The notes: a model not told the origin generated them from the letters alone. Shown: positions 25,011 to 37,175, numbered from the whole stretch's first letter. The stretch: DNA of 48,453 nt, filler included, from Sphacelaria rigidula (GCA_964200075.2; 3 parts of 3 records of this genome joined end to end with filler, not necessarily neighbours in it), one strand, 5' to 3'. Translations and numbers: made by a program.

Positions 25011-25894
25011 CACTGACAGAGAACGGTGGATCCTCAAAATGGCGTTGAAAACAAGATGAGGTTCAACTCGAAAGCCGTGCTTGCCCTGACCTAAGTTGAT
25101 GACATATGACTTTCACATGGACGACCTCATCCGTCCCGACCTCCCTGAAACTATTTCGGTGAATTTCTAGCCTTCCGTCCCCCAACAGGGTATATGCGAA
25201 AGCATGGTTTGTTTTGCTACGAAGGGTCTTTTTTTCACCCCGAAAGCGAGGTAAAAGGGTGACTTTGCGCATACTCTCTGGGGGAACGGAAGGCTAGAAA
25301 TCCCCTAAAATAGTTTTGGGAAGGTCGGGAGGGATAAAGTCGTCCCGGTGGCTCAGTTGGTAACCTCGTAACCTTCTGACGATTGAGTTGTGGGGTTCGA
25401 TTCCCGGAGCGATCTGGGATTGCTGAACCCCTCTCGCGATAAAAAACAAAAGGCAAGCACCGCAGAAGAAAGGTGGGGTACTAAAAACAATAAAAAAAAA
25501 AAGTCCCTGTGTTGACCTTCCTCCTGTGTGACCCCGGCTGATGCGCCCACATATTTCGAAAGGGGTAGACTGGCGCCCAGAATAAATGGGACGACAACAC
25601 ACACACACACAACACACACACACACATATGAAAGCCATTTGCGGTGAATTTCGGTCAGGGAAGGCACGGCTTCTGAGTCGAACCTCGTTCATTATTGGCA
25701 AAAGTGTGTTTTTGCGCATACTCTCTGGGGGAACGTGAGGCTAGAAATCCCCCAAAATAGTTTTGGAAGGTCGGGAGGGATGAAGTCGTTCATATGAAAA
25801 GCATTTGTCATGAATTTAGGTTCGGGAAAGCACGTATTTTGAGTTGAACCTCACTTATTTTTTCAACCCCATTTGCGAGAATTCACCGTCAGTG
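25011..25894. mobile_element. CACTG-terminated (CACTA/EnSpm-like) foldback element with duplicated right arm and nested SINE
   Basis: Starts CACTGAC, ends GTCAGTG. Left arm 25011-25200 pairs with right arm 25710-25894; an extra right-arm copy at 25262-25690 is interrupted by a SINE. No clear TSD. Confidence 0.65.
25339..25626 (+). mobile_element. tRNA-derived SINE, family 1
   Basis: A box TGGCTCAGTTGG 25349-25360, B box GGTTCGATTCC 25394-25404, tail GACTGGCGCCCAGAATAAATGGGACGACAA(CA)n. Confidence 0.9.
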
Positions 25895-26056
25895 GACGCC
25901 AGTTTATCTTAGAGAAGGAGCATGTGTGGGCGCGCCAGCCCGGGCCACACAGGAGGAATGCCAGCCCCGGAGTCTTTCATTTTGTTCCTAGTGTTCCACC
26001 TTCCTTTTGCGATGGGCATCAGTGCGTACGGTATCAGTCAGTCGGTGAGCAGTGCG

Positions 26057-26465
26057 GTGTGTGTGTGTGTATTTGTGTGTATTGTCATCCCATCTATTCT
26101 GGACGCCAGCAGTTTACACCTCATTTCGGTATATATGTGGATGTGGGCGCATCAGCCGGGGTCACGCAAGGCGAAGGCGAACACGGGAGTTTTATTATTA
26201 TTTCTTTCGTTTTAGTTCTCCACCTTCCTTCTGCGGTGCTTGCAGGTGCTTATCATATTTTTTTTATCGCAAGAGGGATTCAGCAGTCCCTTTTCCTCGT
26301 CGGCTATGCAATCGAACTTCGGATACCAACGACATACAGTCGCTCTCCACTGTTGGGAATGGTGTGAGACGAATTCCAGTTCGTGTGACATCATCGAGGT
26401 TCGAACCAACGACCCATCCGTCAGAAGGATCCGAGGTTACGAATTATTAAGCCACCGGGGCGACC
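26057..26465 (-). mobile_element. tRNA-derived SINE, family 1
   Basis: (TG)n tail at 26057, conserved body, B box GGTTCGAACC near 26400, 5' end GGTCGCCCCGGTGGC on minus. Confidence 0.85.
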
Positions 26466-26659
26466 GACCACTACTACTGGGTATTGCTCATATTTTCGTC
26501 AATATTTTGAAGACAGAGACACATACTACTGGCAAGACACGAGACTTTCACACAGCAAGGCCAAAGTTTTGATGTTGTTTCGTGAAGTCTGCGTTCCTTC
26601 TGCGGTGCTGGCCTTCCCTTTTGGTCGTGAGAAGGGTTCTTCAGAGGTCCCTTTCCCTC

Positions 26660-27025
26660 TGTGTGTGTGTTGTCATTCCATCTATTATCGACGCCAGTCT
26701 TCTCCTTTCGGTATATGTGGGCGCATCAGCCGGGGTCACACAGGAGGAAGGCCAACACAAGAGCCTTTTTTCTTTCCTCATAGTACTCCACCTTTCTTCT
26801 GCGGTGCTTGCCTTATTTTTTATTGCTGGAGGGGTTCAGCGATCCCTTTCCCTCGTCGACCCTGAAGTCGATTTTTTGAATTCTTGTGTAGCCCCGACAT
26901 AGTCGCTCTCCACTGTCGGGCATTGTGTGAGAAAAATCCCAGACCATGTGACTGCACCGAGATTCGAACCCACGACCCAACCTTGAGAAGGTTCCAAGGT
27001 CACCAGCTGAGCTACGGGGGGAACC
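26660..27025 (-). mobile_element. tRNA-derived SINE, family 1
   Basis: (TG)n tail, conserved body, B box GGGTTCGAATC and A box TAGCTCAGCTGG on minus; preceded by an older fragment at 26594-26659. Confidence 0.85.
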
Positions 27026-28516
27026 GGCTTGCATACGGTGTGAGGAAAGTCCACACCCTGGACAACGTATGACAATGTCAAGATGTGCATGGCGTACAGA
27101 CAGTGTCGACTATTGTGTCTATTGTAAATACATAAGCAAAGGAAATCGCTCATGTTGAGACGGTGCGGTGCCGCTGAACCTGTGGCACACGCTTGTGGGC
27201 TGCCAATGTGCCAACACTACGCCACACGATTGTTCCTGGTACAGAGAGGTTTCTCCGCAATCGTCTTCATTTGAGAGTGCTTACAGTATCGACGCTCCCA
27301 ATACAGAGATGTTTATCCGTAGTTGTCTTGATTTGAAAGTATGTACACACACACACTGACACTCATGAGAGAGCCGTGAGTATCCCTCGCGAAGGCTATG
27401 CAGCTAGCTGTGTACTTTCCTGTACTGTCGAACCGTAACCCTCACCCTCACCCCAACAAAGGCAAACTGAGAACCTCCGGGCGAGGTGGGTGAAGGTCTT
27501 GCTAGTCTCTACACAGTGCTCTTTCTGTCGACAATCCGTGAGGTGGTGGATGAGGGCTAGCCGTGTTTGTGCAACAAAATTTACTGAAGATGGAGTCGTT
27601 GACTGCCTTATTTGCATGGGCGAATGTTTTTGGTTCGGAGGTGGTCGTTATTACATACAGTACAGTGTACAGAGGAACATATCCATGAGAGAGTGTAGAG
27701 CTCAACATTCCACCTTACTGGTACACAGCGCAGTTGGGTAAATAGAAAAGGGCGGAGAGCACACATCACACTGCGTTCTAGCAGCGCACGTACGTCGAAC
27801 CTCCCGTTATTGGCCGATGGGTGTCCGGGTATCTGTACAGTGCTTTGTTATGCTGACAAAAAAACTCTGAATTACTGTTCATCACTGTCCCTGAGGGCTG
27901 TGCAACGTAAACACTGTCTCTGGGGGCTGTGCACTGCGTTTCAAATATGGGAAGGAAAGCGACCTCCTTTCGAGGGAACGTCCGGCGCTCAGCACACAAT
28001 ATACTAATCACTTCCAAACCCAAGGCGGGAACAACCACCAGGCAGTAAGATGACAAATTCTTCGACAGCAGCGCACTACGCTTTTTCCACCAGTCACCAG
28101 CATATATAGCAGTGCGTTCTACTGCGTTCTAGCAGCCCACGTGCATCGGACCCCCCGTTGTTGGGCGATGGGTGCCCACGTTAGGTGACAGTACAGTGTT
28201 TTGCGATGCTGACAAAAAACACTAAATTGCTGTGCACGGGTGCAGTGTGTCGTATCTGTAGTGTCCAGACTACCCGGTTTTCAAATTCCGTGGGTATTCA
28301 TACAATTTGACCGTTTACCGCGGAGCATTGTTCGGCCTGGTTCTGCAGGACGTGCGAGAAGCGTGACATTTTTTCCCTCTTCAGTCTAAGTCTGGTACAA
28401 AATATTGTCCCGATAAGGATCATTGGTATCTTGGCTACAGTATGGGTAATCCAGACACCCTCGTACTTGTTGGCAGTGTGGGAGCTGGCGACATTACGCT
28501 ATTAATAAATAGGATA

Positions 28517-28557
28517 AAATAGTAATAGTAATAGTAATAGTAGTAGTAATGATAATA
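28517..28557. repeat. (AGT/AAT)n microsatellite
   Basis: Visible trinucleotide run. Confidence 0.8.
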
Positions 28558-29454
28558 AAGGTATACTTGACAGTAATTTTATAGTCAAACGTACCGGGAA
28601 CCTTAAGTTTGAGATAGCTCTAATAGTGTATGACAGAAAGATCATGATGATAATAGGAGCAGAATGATGCCACGAAACCCCCCCCCCCCTGAAAACATTG
28701 GTTTTTGGAGGCAATGCTGATATTAGGATTAAAATGACGAAATGTGAGTACACCGAGCAGCTGGGAACTCTAGGCTAGCAGTTCCCCATGAGCAGAAGCA
28801 AGGGGCCGGACGGAATCACCAAGCATGTCAGGTTCGCAGAAATGGGACTTACATAATTCATGTACTCCGAAGAATGATGACTTGAAGAAGCCCTGCCGCT
28901 AGTGTGCCCAGCCAGACGGGGAACAATGAGGTGGCGAGCGTGGCCCCCACTGGAACAATCATGGTGTCTGCATTATTATTTGTTTGTTGGTTGCGTTGAG
29001 TCTATTGGCATCGCCATGTGCGCCGTACTGTTTGCAGCACCCGTCCGCTGCGACAGCTTCAGGGGGCTTTGTTCGAAAAATATAAGAGCGAGTATCACCT
29101 ACCAGGGCGGGAAAGTGAACCCTTTGTGTACTGGCAATGGAGATTCGTGGATTTCGATGTGCTATTTTTGGAACCGACACGTGGTCGAGTATTTACAGTT
29201 TTCACGCAAAACAAATAGTCCGACCCGTGCTTTTCAGACCCGTATAAGAATGTGCCCCAGTGCCGCACGGAACTCTGTATATAGGAAGTAGACAGTTGGT
29301 GCTGTTTTTGTTCATTGAGAGTTGAGGCATCTATTAAGTGCTGCTTTTGGCTGTGTGCACACACTTGAACGAACTCTACCCGTTGTGTCCCTCCTGTTTG
29401 TTATTTGTGCCTAAACCTCCTCAAAAAACACAAGAATTATCCCAACCCTTCAGC

Positions 29455-29780
29455 TAACTCCCCCTATACTCAACCATCCATAACGTGTCTCCCATACTAA
29501 AACCAGTATAATAGTGACCCCACACTAAAACCAAGACACTTGCGGGGCAAAAACAACAACAGTAGGGCCCGAACCCAACCCCCCTCTACTCAACGATCCA
29601 TGTCGGATACCCCCATAATCAAACCAGTATAATAGTGACCCCACACTAAAACTAATACACTTGGGTTCCCACATTAAAACCAAGACACTTGGGGGGCCTA
29701 CACTAAAACCAAGACACTTGGGGGGCCTACACTAAAACCAAGACACTTGGGGGGCCTACACTAAAACCAATGCACTTGCG
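29455..29780. repeat. Minisatellite: ~121-bp duplication plus 28-29-bp tandem units
   Basis: CACTAAAACCAAGACACTTG-type core starting at 29521, 29642, 29670, 29699, 29728 and 29757. Confidence 0.85.
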
Positions 29781-31739
29781 AGGCAAGAAAAGTGTCGGTT
29801 GGTGTCGGGGAATAGCCAGCGCAACCTCCACTACAATTGCCATGCGGCGGCCCATTGAAAGCTCGCCGCCCTTGGGGCGAGGGGGGGGGGTACTTGGGGG
29901 CGTTACCATCGTTTGTAGTGTGTGTGGGGTAGGTTTGGGGTGGTAATCACGAATTATCTCAAGAATTCTCAAAACAATTCTCGGAAAAGGGTCAAAATGG
30001 GCATATTTCGATCTAGTTTTAGTGTGTAACACGGTCTTCGATTTTTGTTTTTTTTAGTCGGCTTTGTATGTGTTTTTCCTTTCTAACGCACCGAACCAAA
30101 GGTTAAATGTGAACGTGTAAGTGCCCAAACGAATTCACGCGCAATTCGGCATAGACTTATGAGACAGAGGCAGTATACTGTGAGTTTCGGTCGGGCTTCG
30201 TCTCCCTACAATGCCATCTGTCCCGTGCTGTTCATCGTGCCTCATTTTTGAAGTCACGATTATCCCGAAGCAACAAAGGACCCACCCTGTGTATGACACG
30301 TGCTTCATGTTTTCCCAAACAGCGAATGGATACTGTAGAGGACACATGGCGGCACCGATGGGTTGAACGCAACAAAAGAAAGGAGAGAACGCTACCGTGC
30401 CATGGTATTGTCTATTCTGGTACACAGCGTGCTCTCTACCTTGAGTCCTTTGTGCGGCTGGGTTTATTTTCGACTCCGCGGCGCGCCGTCTATAATCAAG
30501 GGGGGGGGCGTACTCATTTGTTGCTTGCCTTAGTCGTTTGACCATTGACCACGCATCCCTTTCGAGACGGAGCACGAGCGCTAAGTCAAGGGGGGATGGT
30601 GAAAACGTCAATCAAATTATGTCAGTATCCGAGAGTCAGGAACGTTTGGGTATCGCAGGGAATGTGTGCCACGTTGGTAGTCTCCAGTACTATGCATGTT
30701 CATCCCTATGCGCAAAGCTGCAACCTCTGAAATCACACCAAAATGAATCACTTCGACGTACTGTAGAGTAGTCCACCTCCAGTACACGTACGTGCGGGTT
30801 GATGATGATCTACAAGTGGAACAATCTGCTGTAGGCGTTTTCTATTGGTTGACGGACTTGCGGGTCTGATCGGCAGACTATGTGGATTTGAACATCACAT
30901 GCTTCACGAATGTGGTTACTTCCGATAACGATGGCTGTGTGTTTATGAATAACAACTGTCTTGAAGTCTCCAGGCCCTAGTGAGGGAGGAAGCCCTTGGA
31001 GCAATCTTGTGACCTTGTTCTGAGTCCAGGAGGACTCCATGGTACTCCTGCGTAATTTGTGTGGGTGCCCTCCGCGCGATCGACTTGCCTACCCTCGGTC
31101 GCGGAGCACTTCGTGCGTGCCCAAAGTCGCACAAATCAAAAACAGGAAATATGAGAGAAATGCATCATGTATACTACGAGGCTATGCAACATACTGCTAG
31201 CTGTCTAGGTACTTTACTGTACTGTCTGTGGTGCTGTTCTGACTGCATACTGCTGTACAGTGCTATTCAACATTACGTACCTCTGTCAAGTTTGTCCGTC
31301 CACCCTACGGGACCGTGCCTGAACGCGTCGTACAGGTCCAGTATATATTGAACGGTCAAAATGTTCTCACCAATGCGACCCCAATACATATTTGTCGTTC
31401 AAAATGTCTTTGCCCACACTACCCCGATGTATATTGGTGGGGCAATATGCGTGCGATCCCGCGATACCAATATACATCGGGCGGGCAAGATGTATGCAGT
31501 CCCACAACACCAGTATATATATATATATATCATATATATACATATATATATTCGGCTCGCAGTACGTGTGCAGTCCGAGGGTACCAACATATATATTACG
31601 CCGGCAATGTATCGCAATATTCCAATATGATCGACTAATATATATATTGAAAACACATTGTTTGTCCAAGGTGCGCAATAAATTATGGTCACTGGCCATC
31701 GATCAACATCGTAAACCGCAAAAGGTTCTTGAATGTATT

Positions 31740-31985
31740 TATCGCTAGCCATTGCCGCAATCAATAGATTTGGTGAGCCATCCACCGATAGTCATCACGG
31801 TCATACATTGATATGGTGAGCCATCTCTCGTTAGCAGTTGCCGCCATGAACAGGTTTGGCGAGCCATCTATCGGTAGCCTTTGCCGTCATCGATAGGTTT
31901 AGTGAACAATCTATCGATAGCCTCTGCCGGTAACAATGGATTTCGGAGTGTCTATCAATTGTCATTGCCGTCAAAATCGATAGCC
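31740..31985. repeat. 43-bp minisatellite, 5-6 diverged copies
   Basis: Consensus approximately TATCGATAGCCATTGCCGTCATCGATAGGTTTGGTGAGCCATC; units start at 31740, 31783, 31826, 31869, 31912. Confidence 0.85.
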
Positions 31986-32269
31986 GGTGACGTCAAGGAT
32001 GGACTTTGAAAAGATACTGCTTACTTACTGCAGTTGTTTTGAGGCATCAAAGGCAATTTGATGAAAAATTGCTCACTCCAGCGGTCTTGTGGGACCAACG
32101 GCAATACCCCACACACTTGAACATGCAACTACCAGAGGCAACTACTGGCCACAGCTCCTGTGCAAAAAAGTGGAAACACCCGCCTAAAAATGTGCCTACA
32201 TATAGAACAGTGTTTTCGTGAGATTGAGAGTAGATGATACGATTGAGAGTGAAAAGCGGTCAATCAGTG

Positions 32270-32369
32270 NNNNNNNNNNNNNNNNNNNNNNNNNNNNNNN
32301 NNNNNNNNNNNNNTTAATTAATTAANNNNNNNNNNNNNNNNNNNNNNNNNNNNNNNNNNNNNNNNNNNN
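32270..32369. other. Artificial scaffolding linker N44-TTAATTAATTAA-N44
   Basis: Identical to the linker at 16086-16185. Confidence 0.97.
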
Positions 32370-33241
32370 ACACGCGTGTCGATGATGATATCACCAGAGA
32401 GAGATGTAACGACAGAGAGGAAGCTCCTCGCCCGTGTCCTTTGTGTGTCCTCGCTCGGCGATTACCAATTGCCCGAGAAACTGGCATCATCGAAGTTATC
32501 ATACCAGCATGTGCCAAATTTTCCATGTGCCAGAACATCGACGTGCGGAGAGATTCCGTCTCTATTTGCCTGGCGAGCTCACGAATGCGAAGATCGATTT
32601 CTCTCTGCCTCTCCTTTTGGACAGGACGCGCCCTGTGCGCTGAAAAACATGTCATTGAAAATAGCGCGATGTTCCCGTCACCGCTACTACTGTTCTCTGT
32701 CACACACATGCCAGCGAGGACGGTGCGTTGCGGCAAAGATACCATATCCAATTTGGACTCGGGGGGTGTCATTCATCGTTGACTTTACCCGATATGACAT
32801 ATGTGACCATCCAGGTGCCCGACCACAAGAGCCTTCCACAGGCCTGTTGGGGGGGGCGGGGGGTGTATGAGACATCAAACACTTGTTGTGGAGACCTTCT
32901 TGACATGCGGAGTGAAAAAAGATACTTATGGTAGTGATCTAACCGTTGCGAGCGTGGTGCAGAGGGGTGCGTCCGTGTTGCAATCTGGAGCACGTGCTGG
33001 CTGCGTGAACACCTCGGTACGGTAGCTTTCAAGAAATAATTCCGATGTGACGAGGTCACGCGTTACCACCTGAGGCGACATATGAACCAACGAAGAACAA
33101 GGGTGCTCTATGATCAACCACTTGTCGTTGCATTTGACACCCACGCCATTAACCGCCAACCTCAAAGGTCTTGTGGCTTTCAAGCAACGCTGGCGACAGT
33201 ACGGCAGGCAAACCCGATCATAGCTAGCTTTCGTCGCTGTA

Positions 33242-33763
33242 CTCGACTAACTGACGTCTGCATAGAGGTCGCCCGGCGTATTTCGCGATCTCTGCCAAAA
33301 CAAAACAGTTCGCTTTTTTCAACTACACAACCATGATTAAAATGACTCTTGTGGTCTGAGGGAAAGTGGCCGCTTTGGGTCCGTCCACACGTTCGAAGAT
33401 ACTGTAAAACAGCAATACCAAACTTTCCTGAGATGCGAATACCGCAATAAGTACAGAACGGAACAGAAATTGACGGTTTAACGTTCTTATTAGAAAGCAA
33501 CGGACATCAAACGGTTTGCAGCTTGGAAAACGCGGAATGTCATAGAAGAGAACCTATATGTTTCCCCGCGAGTGGTACATGCGATTGAAAAATCTCTGCC
33601 GGCCTCCTGTTTTACATGGCGGGAGAACAGGGAAGACGTAGTTCCTCGGACCGCTGGAGTCATTTTGAAAATGGTTGTGTAGTTGAGAAAAGCGAACTGT
33701 TTTGTTTTGGCAGATATTGCGAAATACGCCGGGCGACCTCTATGCAGACGCCAGTCAGTCCAG
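33242..33763. mobile_element. Tc1/mariner-type MITE nested in the Gypsy integrase region
   Basis: ~107-bp TIRs (CTCGACTAACTGACGTCTGCATAGAGGTCGCCCGG... / ...CCGGGCGACCTCTATGCAGACGCCAGTCAGTCCAG) flanked by TA at 33240-33241 and 33764-33765. Confidence 0.85.
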
Positions 33764-33765
33764 TA

Positions 33766-34330
33766 TCTGGGCCATGGTATGGTTAACTCTTTCGGTACCA
33801 CCGTTACCGTTCGGGTGGTAGATGCTCGTGGTAGTCTTGCGGATGCCCAGGAAGTTGTCAAGCTCATCAGAGAGATCTGAGCAAAACGTTTGACCATTCC
33901 CTGACAGGAGTCGTTTCGGGCATATTGCTTAACGTAGTCGTGGGCCGATATATTGGAGGTTCCGGCGGCAGTGAATTCTCCAGCGGTTACTGTGTACATG
34001 GACGCGTGGCGGCTGAAGCGGTCGGTGAAGAGTAAGACGTAAGTGTTGCCGCGACCCGTGGTCGGTAGAGAGCCGGAGTACTCAAAAGACACAAAGTGGC
34101 CCGGAGCATTTGGGGAGTTCCACAGAAACGACGGGCCAACGTACTGTCTGCCGTGGGGTTTTCCGAGCTTGGCATTTGAAGCATCGCCGGACCCAGAAGC
34201 GAGTGGAGGTTCCCATGCCAACCCACCAGTAGAAGCGTTCAAGAAGCGGTGCAAGTGACGCCAAGATGGCATGGCAAGTCAGTGTGGCAGCCTTTTACGA
34301 CCCAGGGGCGCATTAATAATGGAGCGTATA
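33766..34330 (-). pseudogene. Gypsy integrase (HHCC zinc finger and catalytic core), disrupted
   Basis: CHTDLPCHLGV...FYWWVGM...VRRCFKCQARKT, GNTYVLLFTDRFSRHASMY and YHPNGNGGTERVNHTMAQ, spread across shifted frames. Confidence 0.88.
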
Positions 34331-35231
34331 GACGTGTTGGTTCGTCATCGAGTAGGCGTGCGTGACGTCCCGTGGTTGAGGCGGAGAGTACGCCCGTCAA
34401 AGGTGTGGGGCGGCGCACTAGTAGTTGTACGCCATCGTCCGTAGTGAAAACGGTGCTTCCACTCACGAGTTCATATACCTCAGAAATATCTGGTAGTGGC
34501 AGTGTGCCAATCGGGGCCAGAAGGGGGGATGGAAAAGGGGCTGGATAGCCAAGCTGTAAGTACCGAATGGTTGCGCGACATAAAGATTCCGCGTGTTGTT
34601 TGCTAGCGCAATCGTGGTGGGAGCAGCTGGCGAGAAACTCGCGCAGTTGGCCTTCCGCTGGAGAGCCGACCAAACATGGTGGGGTAGACGGGGGAATAGG
34701 CGACGGGGCAGAAATGCCGACGTCACTATCTACCTCGGGAGCAGGAGCCGAGTCGTCCACTCCATGCTCGAGAGAAGTAGGTGTTGGTGACTCTATTACT
34801 GGCGGCGGTGTTGTAGCATTGTGCGGCGACGATTGTCCGTGGTGCGTGTTGCGTGTTATATCAGTTGTGGCGGAGCGTTGCGTGCGGGTTCGTGTGGCCG
34901 GTGCTGCGCGGCGCGTGGAGTTTGTAGGTGTTATCGGTGGCGGTGGGGCACTCGGGGGGGTGGTGCGGGCTGCAGGCCGAGAGCGCGTGTTGTCGGATAT
35001 TCGGTGGATAACCGAAGGTGTCGGCGTGAAAAGATTTGCGCGAGGACCAAAAGTGCGGAAATTGACGAAATTGGAGATTGTGAGCTTTAACCCACCCAAG
35101 ACGGCGTCATATGGTACGGGACAGGGTCCTCCCATGCATGTGCATACTAGTTTCTGGACACTGGAGGTCGAGAACGTATACGGGCGTTGCAAAACGTCGA
35201 ATACGGTAAACCCCAGGTTCATCGGGTTCCG

Positions 35232-36480
35232 TTAGACGGCAAGCCGGGCTGGAATCCGCTGCCGTAGGCGGCAGAGGCAGTCGGGAAAGAAGATCAGCGT
35301 TCCCCTGTTGGTTTCACCTGGACGATGCTTATCGGTATACTGGTAAGCTGTTGGAAAAAGAAACTCCAACCATCGTTGAACACGCGTGTTCTGTTCGCCA
35401 ACATTGGCGAGTTGTTCGAGTGCCCCCGTGATTCGTGTCAATCTGAAAGAGCACATGGAACAAATATTGTTGAAGGCGCTTAATGACCCAGGTGTTTACT
35501 CGGTCTTCCTACTCTAGCGGGCTCCAGTTGGCCTCGTTGGGCAGGGTGGCATGGCTGATGTAGAGGATGGGTCGAATGGGGCCGTCAACCTGAGGCTGAT
35601 TCAAAACTGCCCCAGATCAGTCGGTGCTGGCATTTCTATGGAGTTGGAAAAGGCGAGAGCCGTCTTGTACTGCCTCCTAACCAGGGAAACAGAGTACCGA
35701 TTTCTCGGTAAGCGTTTTCAATAATTCGTGGGTGATATTTTCCATATCGGTGGTAAAGGCAAACACGGCTCCTTCCTTGAGTAACTCAGTGAGGGGGCGA
35801 ATCTGTTTGGACAAGTTCGGGGGGGGGGGAATGCGGTGGTAAGATAGTTCGCCCAACAGTGAGCGAAGTTGAGAAATGTTGGTTGGCATCGGCAAGTCAG
35901 TCATCGCCCTGACTTTGTTGGTATCCGAACGTAGGCCTGCTGGCGAAATGGAATGCCCCAGAAAATTCAAGTCAGTCGCACCAAGGCGAGCTTTGGATGG
36001 AGAGATTTTCAGGTCGTGCGTTCGTAGGCAAGAGATAAGTTCTCGTAAAGTATGGATATGTGCAATAGGTGAGATATCGAAAGCAAAAGCATCATCCAGG
36101 TACATGATAATGTGCTTGAGGCCCTCTGTGACGTGTTGCATTAAGCGTTGAGAGCATCTTGGAGCAGTAGCAGCGCCTTGCGACATTCGAAGCCATTCGT
36201 AGAGTCCGGACGAGGTACAAAATACCGTTAGTGAGGCTGTGTCATGTTCTTCATCAATGCAGGGAATTGGAAGATTTTGCCAACAATAGTGACGCGGTTC
36301 AATCGTTAGTAGTTCACGGTTATGCGTATGTTTCCATCTTTTTTGGGGACGGCCACAAGTGGCGAGGTCCAACGAGAAGAGGAATGTTGTATTTAACCTG
36401 CTCCCAAATATGCGTCTAAGATGGCAATTACGTTTTTGGTAAGGACTGGGTTTGTCCGGTATGATCGACGAGAGATTGGC
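35232..36480 (-). pseudogene. Gypsy reverse transcriptase-RNase H, disrupted
   Basis: FCTSSGLYEWLRMSQG, MYLDDAFAF, KARLGATDLNFLGH, PTNISQLRSLLG, EQNTRVQRWLEFL. Confidence 0.92.
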
Positions 36481-37175
36481 GAGACACCGGGTTGAAGTGT
36501 ATCCTCAAAGGACAGTGTTTCACAATACCCGAGATCCGTCTTGAATCAAGAGAATCGGTCTTAGTAGTGTAGCACGACATCGCCGAGTTCTTGGATGACT
36601 GCTGGTTCCCAGCCGGGCCCATGAAAGTCAAAATGGATGTCACGCAAATCTGGCGGCAGTTGGTTCCACATTCGCAAGATACTATTCCGAGAATCTGGTG
36701 AAAAGGGATGAAGCACTTTAGCAGGAGGATCGGAAGTTGACTGGGCAAGATTCACGGTGTAGACCTGGGGTGGAGTCGCAGAGGCGAGGTCGAAAGAGGG
36801 TTCATCGACACAGTGGGCAGAAGATTCCGTCGGGGGTGTTGCATTTCGCACGGCAGGCTCTGATACGCACGTCTCGAGTGGGATGTCCATCAGAGAAGCA
36901 GCGGCGATCCCCGAAACATCGCCGGGTTCCAACTTATCATGGCCCGTGAGAGGGAGGAGTAGTTTTCCTGCCGAGACAAAATGTTCTGCGTCGGCCGGTG
37001 CGTCAATACGGGGTATCATTTCGGCAAGATAATGAACCGTAAGGGCAGGCATGCTGTTCCAGCGAACTACTGCGGCTTCTAAATGTTGAGGATCGTCGGA
37101 GAGTGTAATACCAACACTCCCGTTGTATTGCAGGTGGGAAGCAGCTCCGGTTGCTTGAGTATTCTTGGTGGTGGG

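Noticed and set aside
25339..25410. tRNA gene
   Set aside because: A and B boxes are present but no clear cloverleaf; it continues into a repeated body and (CA)n tail, so it is a SINE head.
28760..28885. Possible next HHL1-like exon (LAVPHEQ)
   Set aside because: Match is too short, phase and flanking residues do not fit, and it lies on a different contig.
29521..29780. CRISPR-like repeat array
   Set aside because: Intervening sequences are only 6-7 bp and nearly identical, no cas genes, eukaryotic context.
34239..35235. Overlapping 327-aa and 222-aa ORFs as novel genes
   Set aside because: The minus ORF is the Gypsy pol segment between RNase H and integrase; the plus ORF is its GC-rich antisense shadow.
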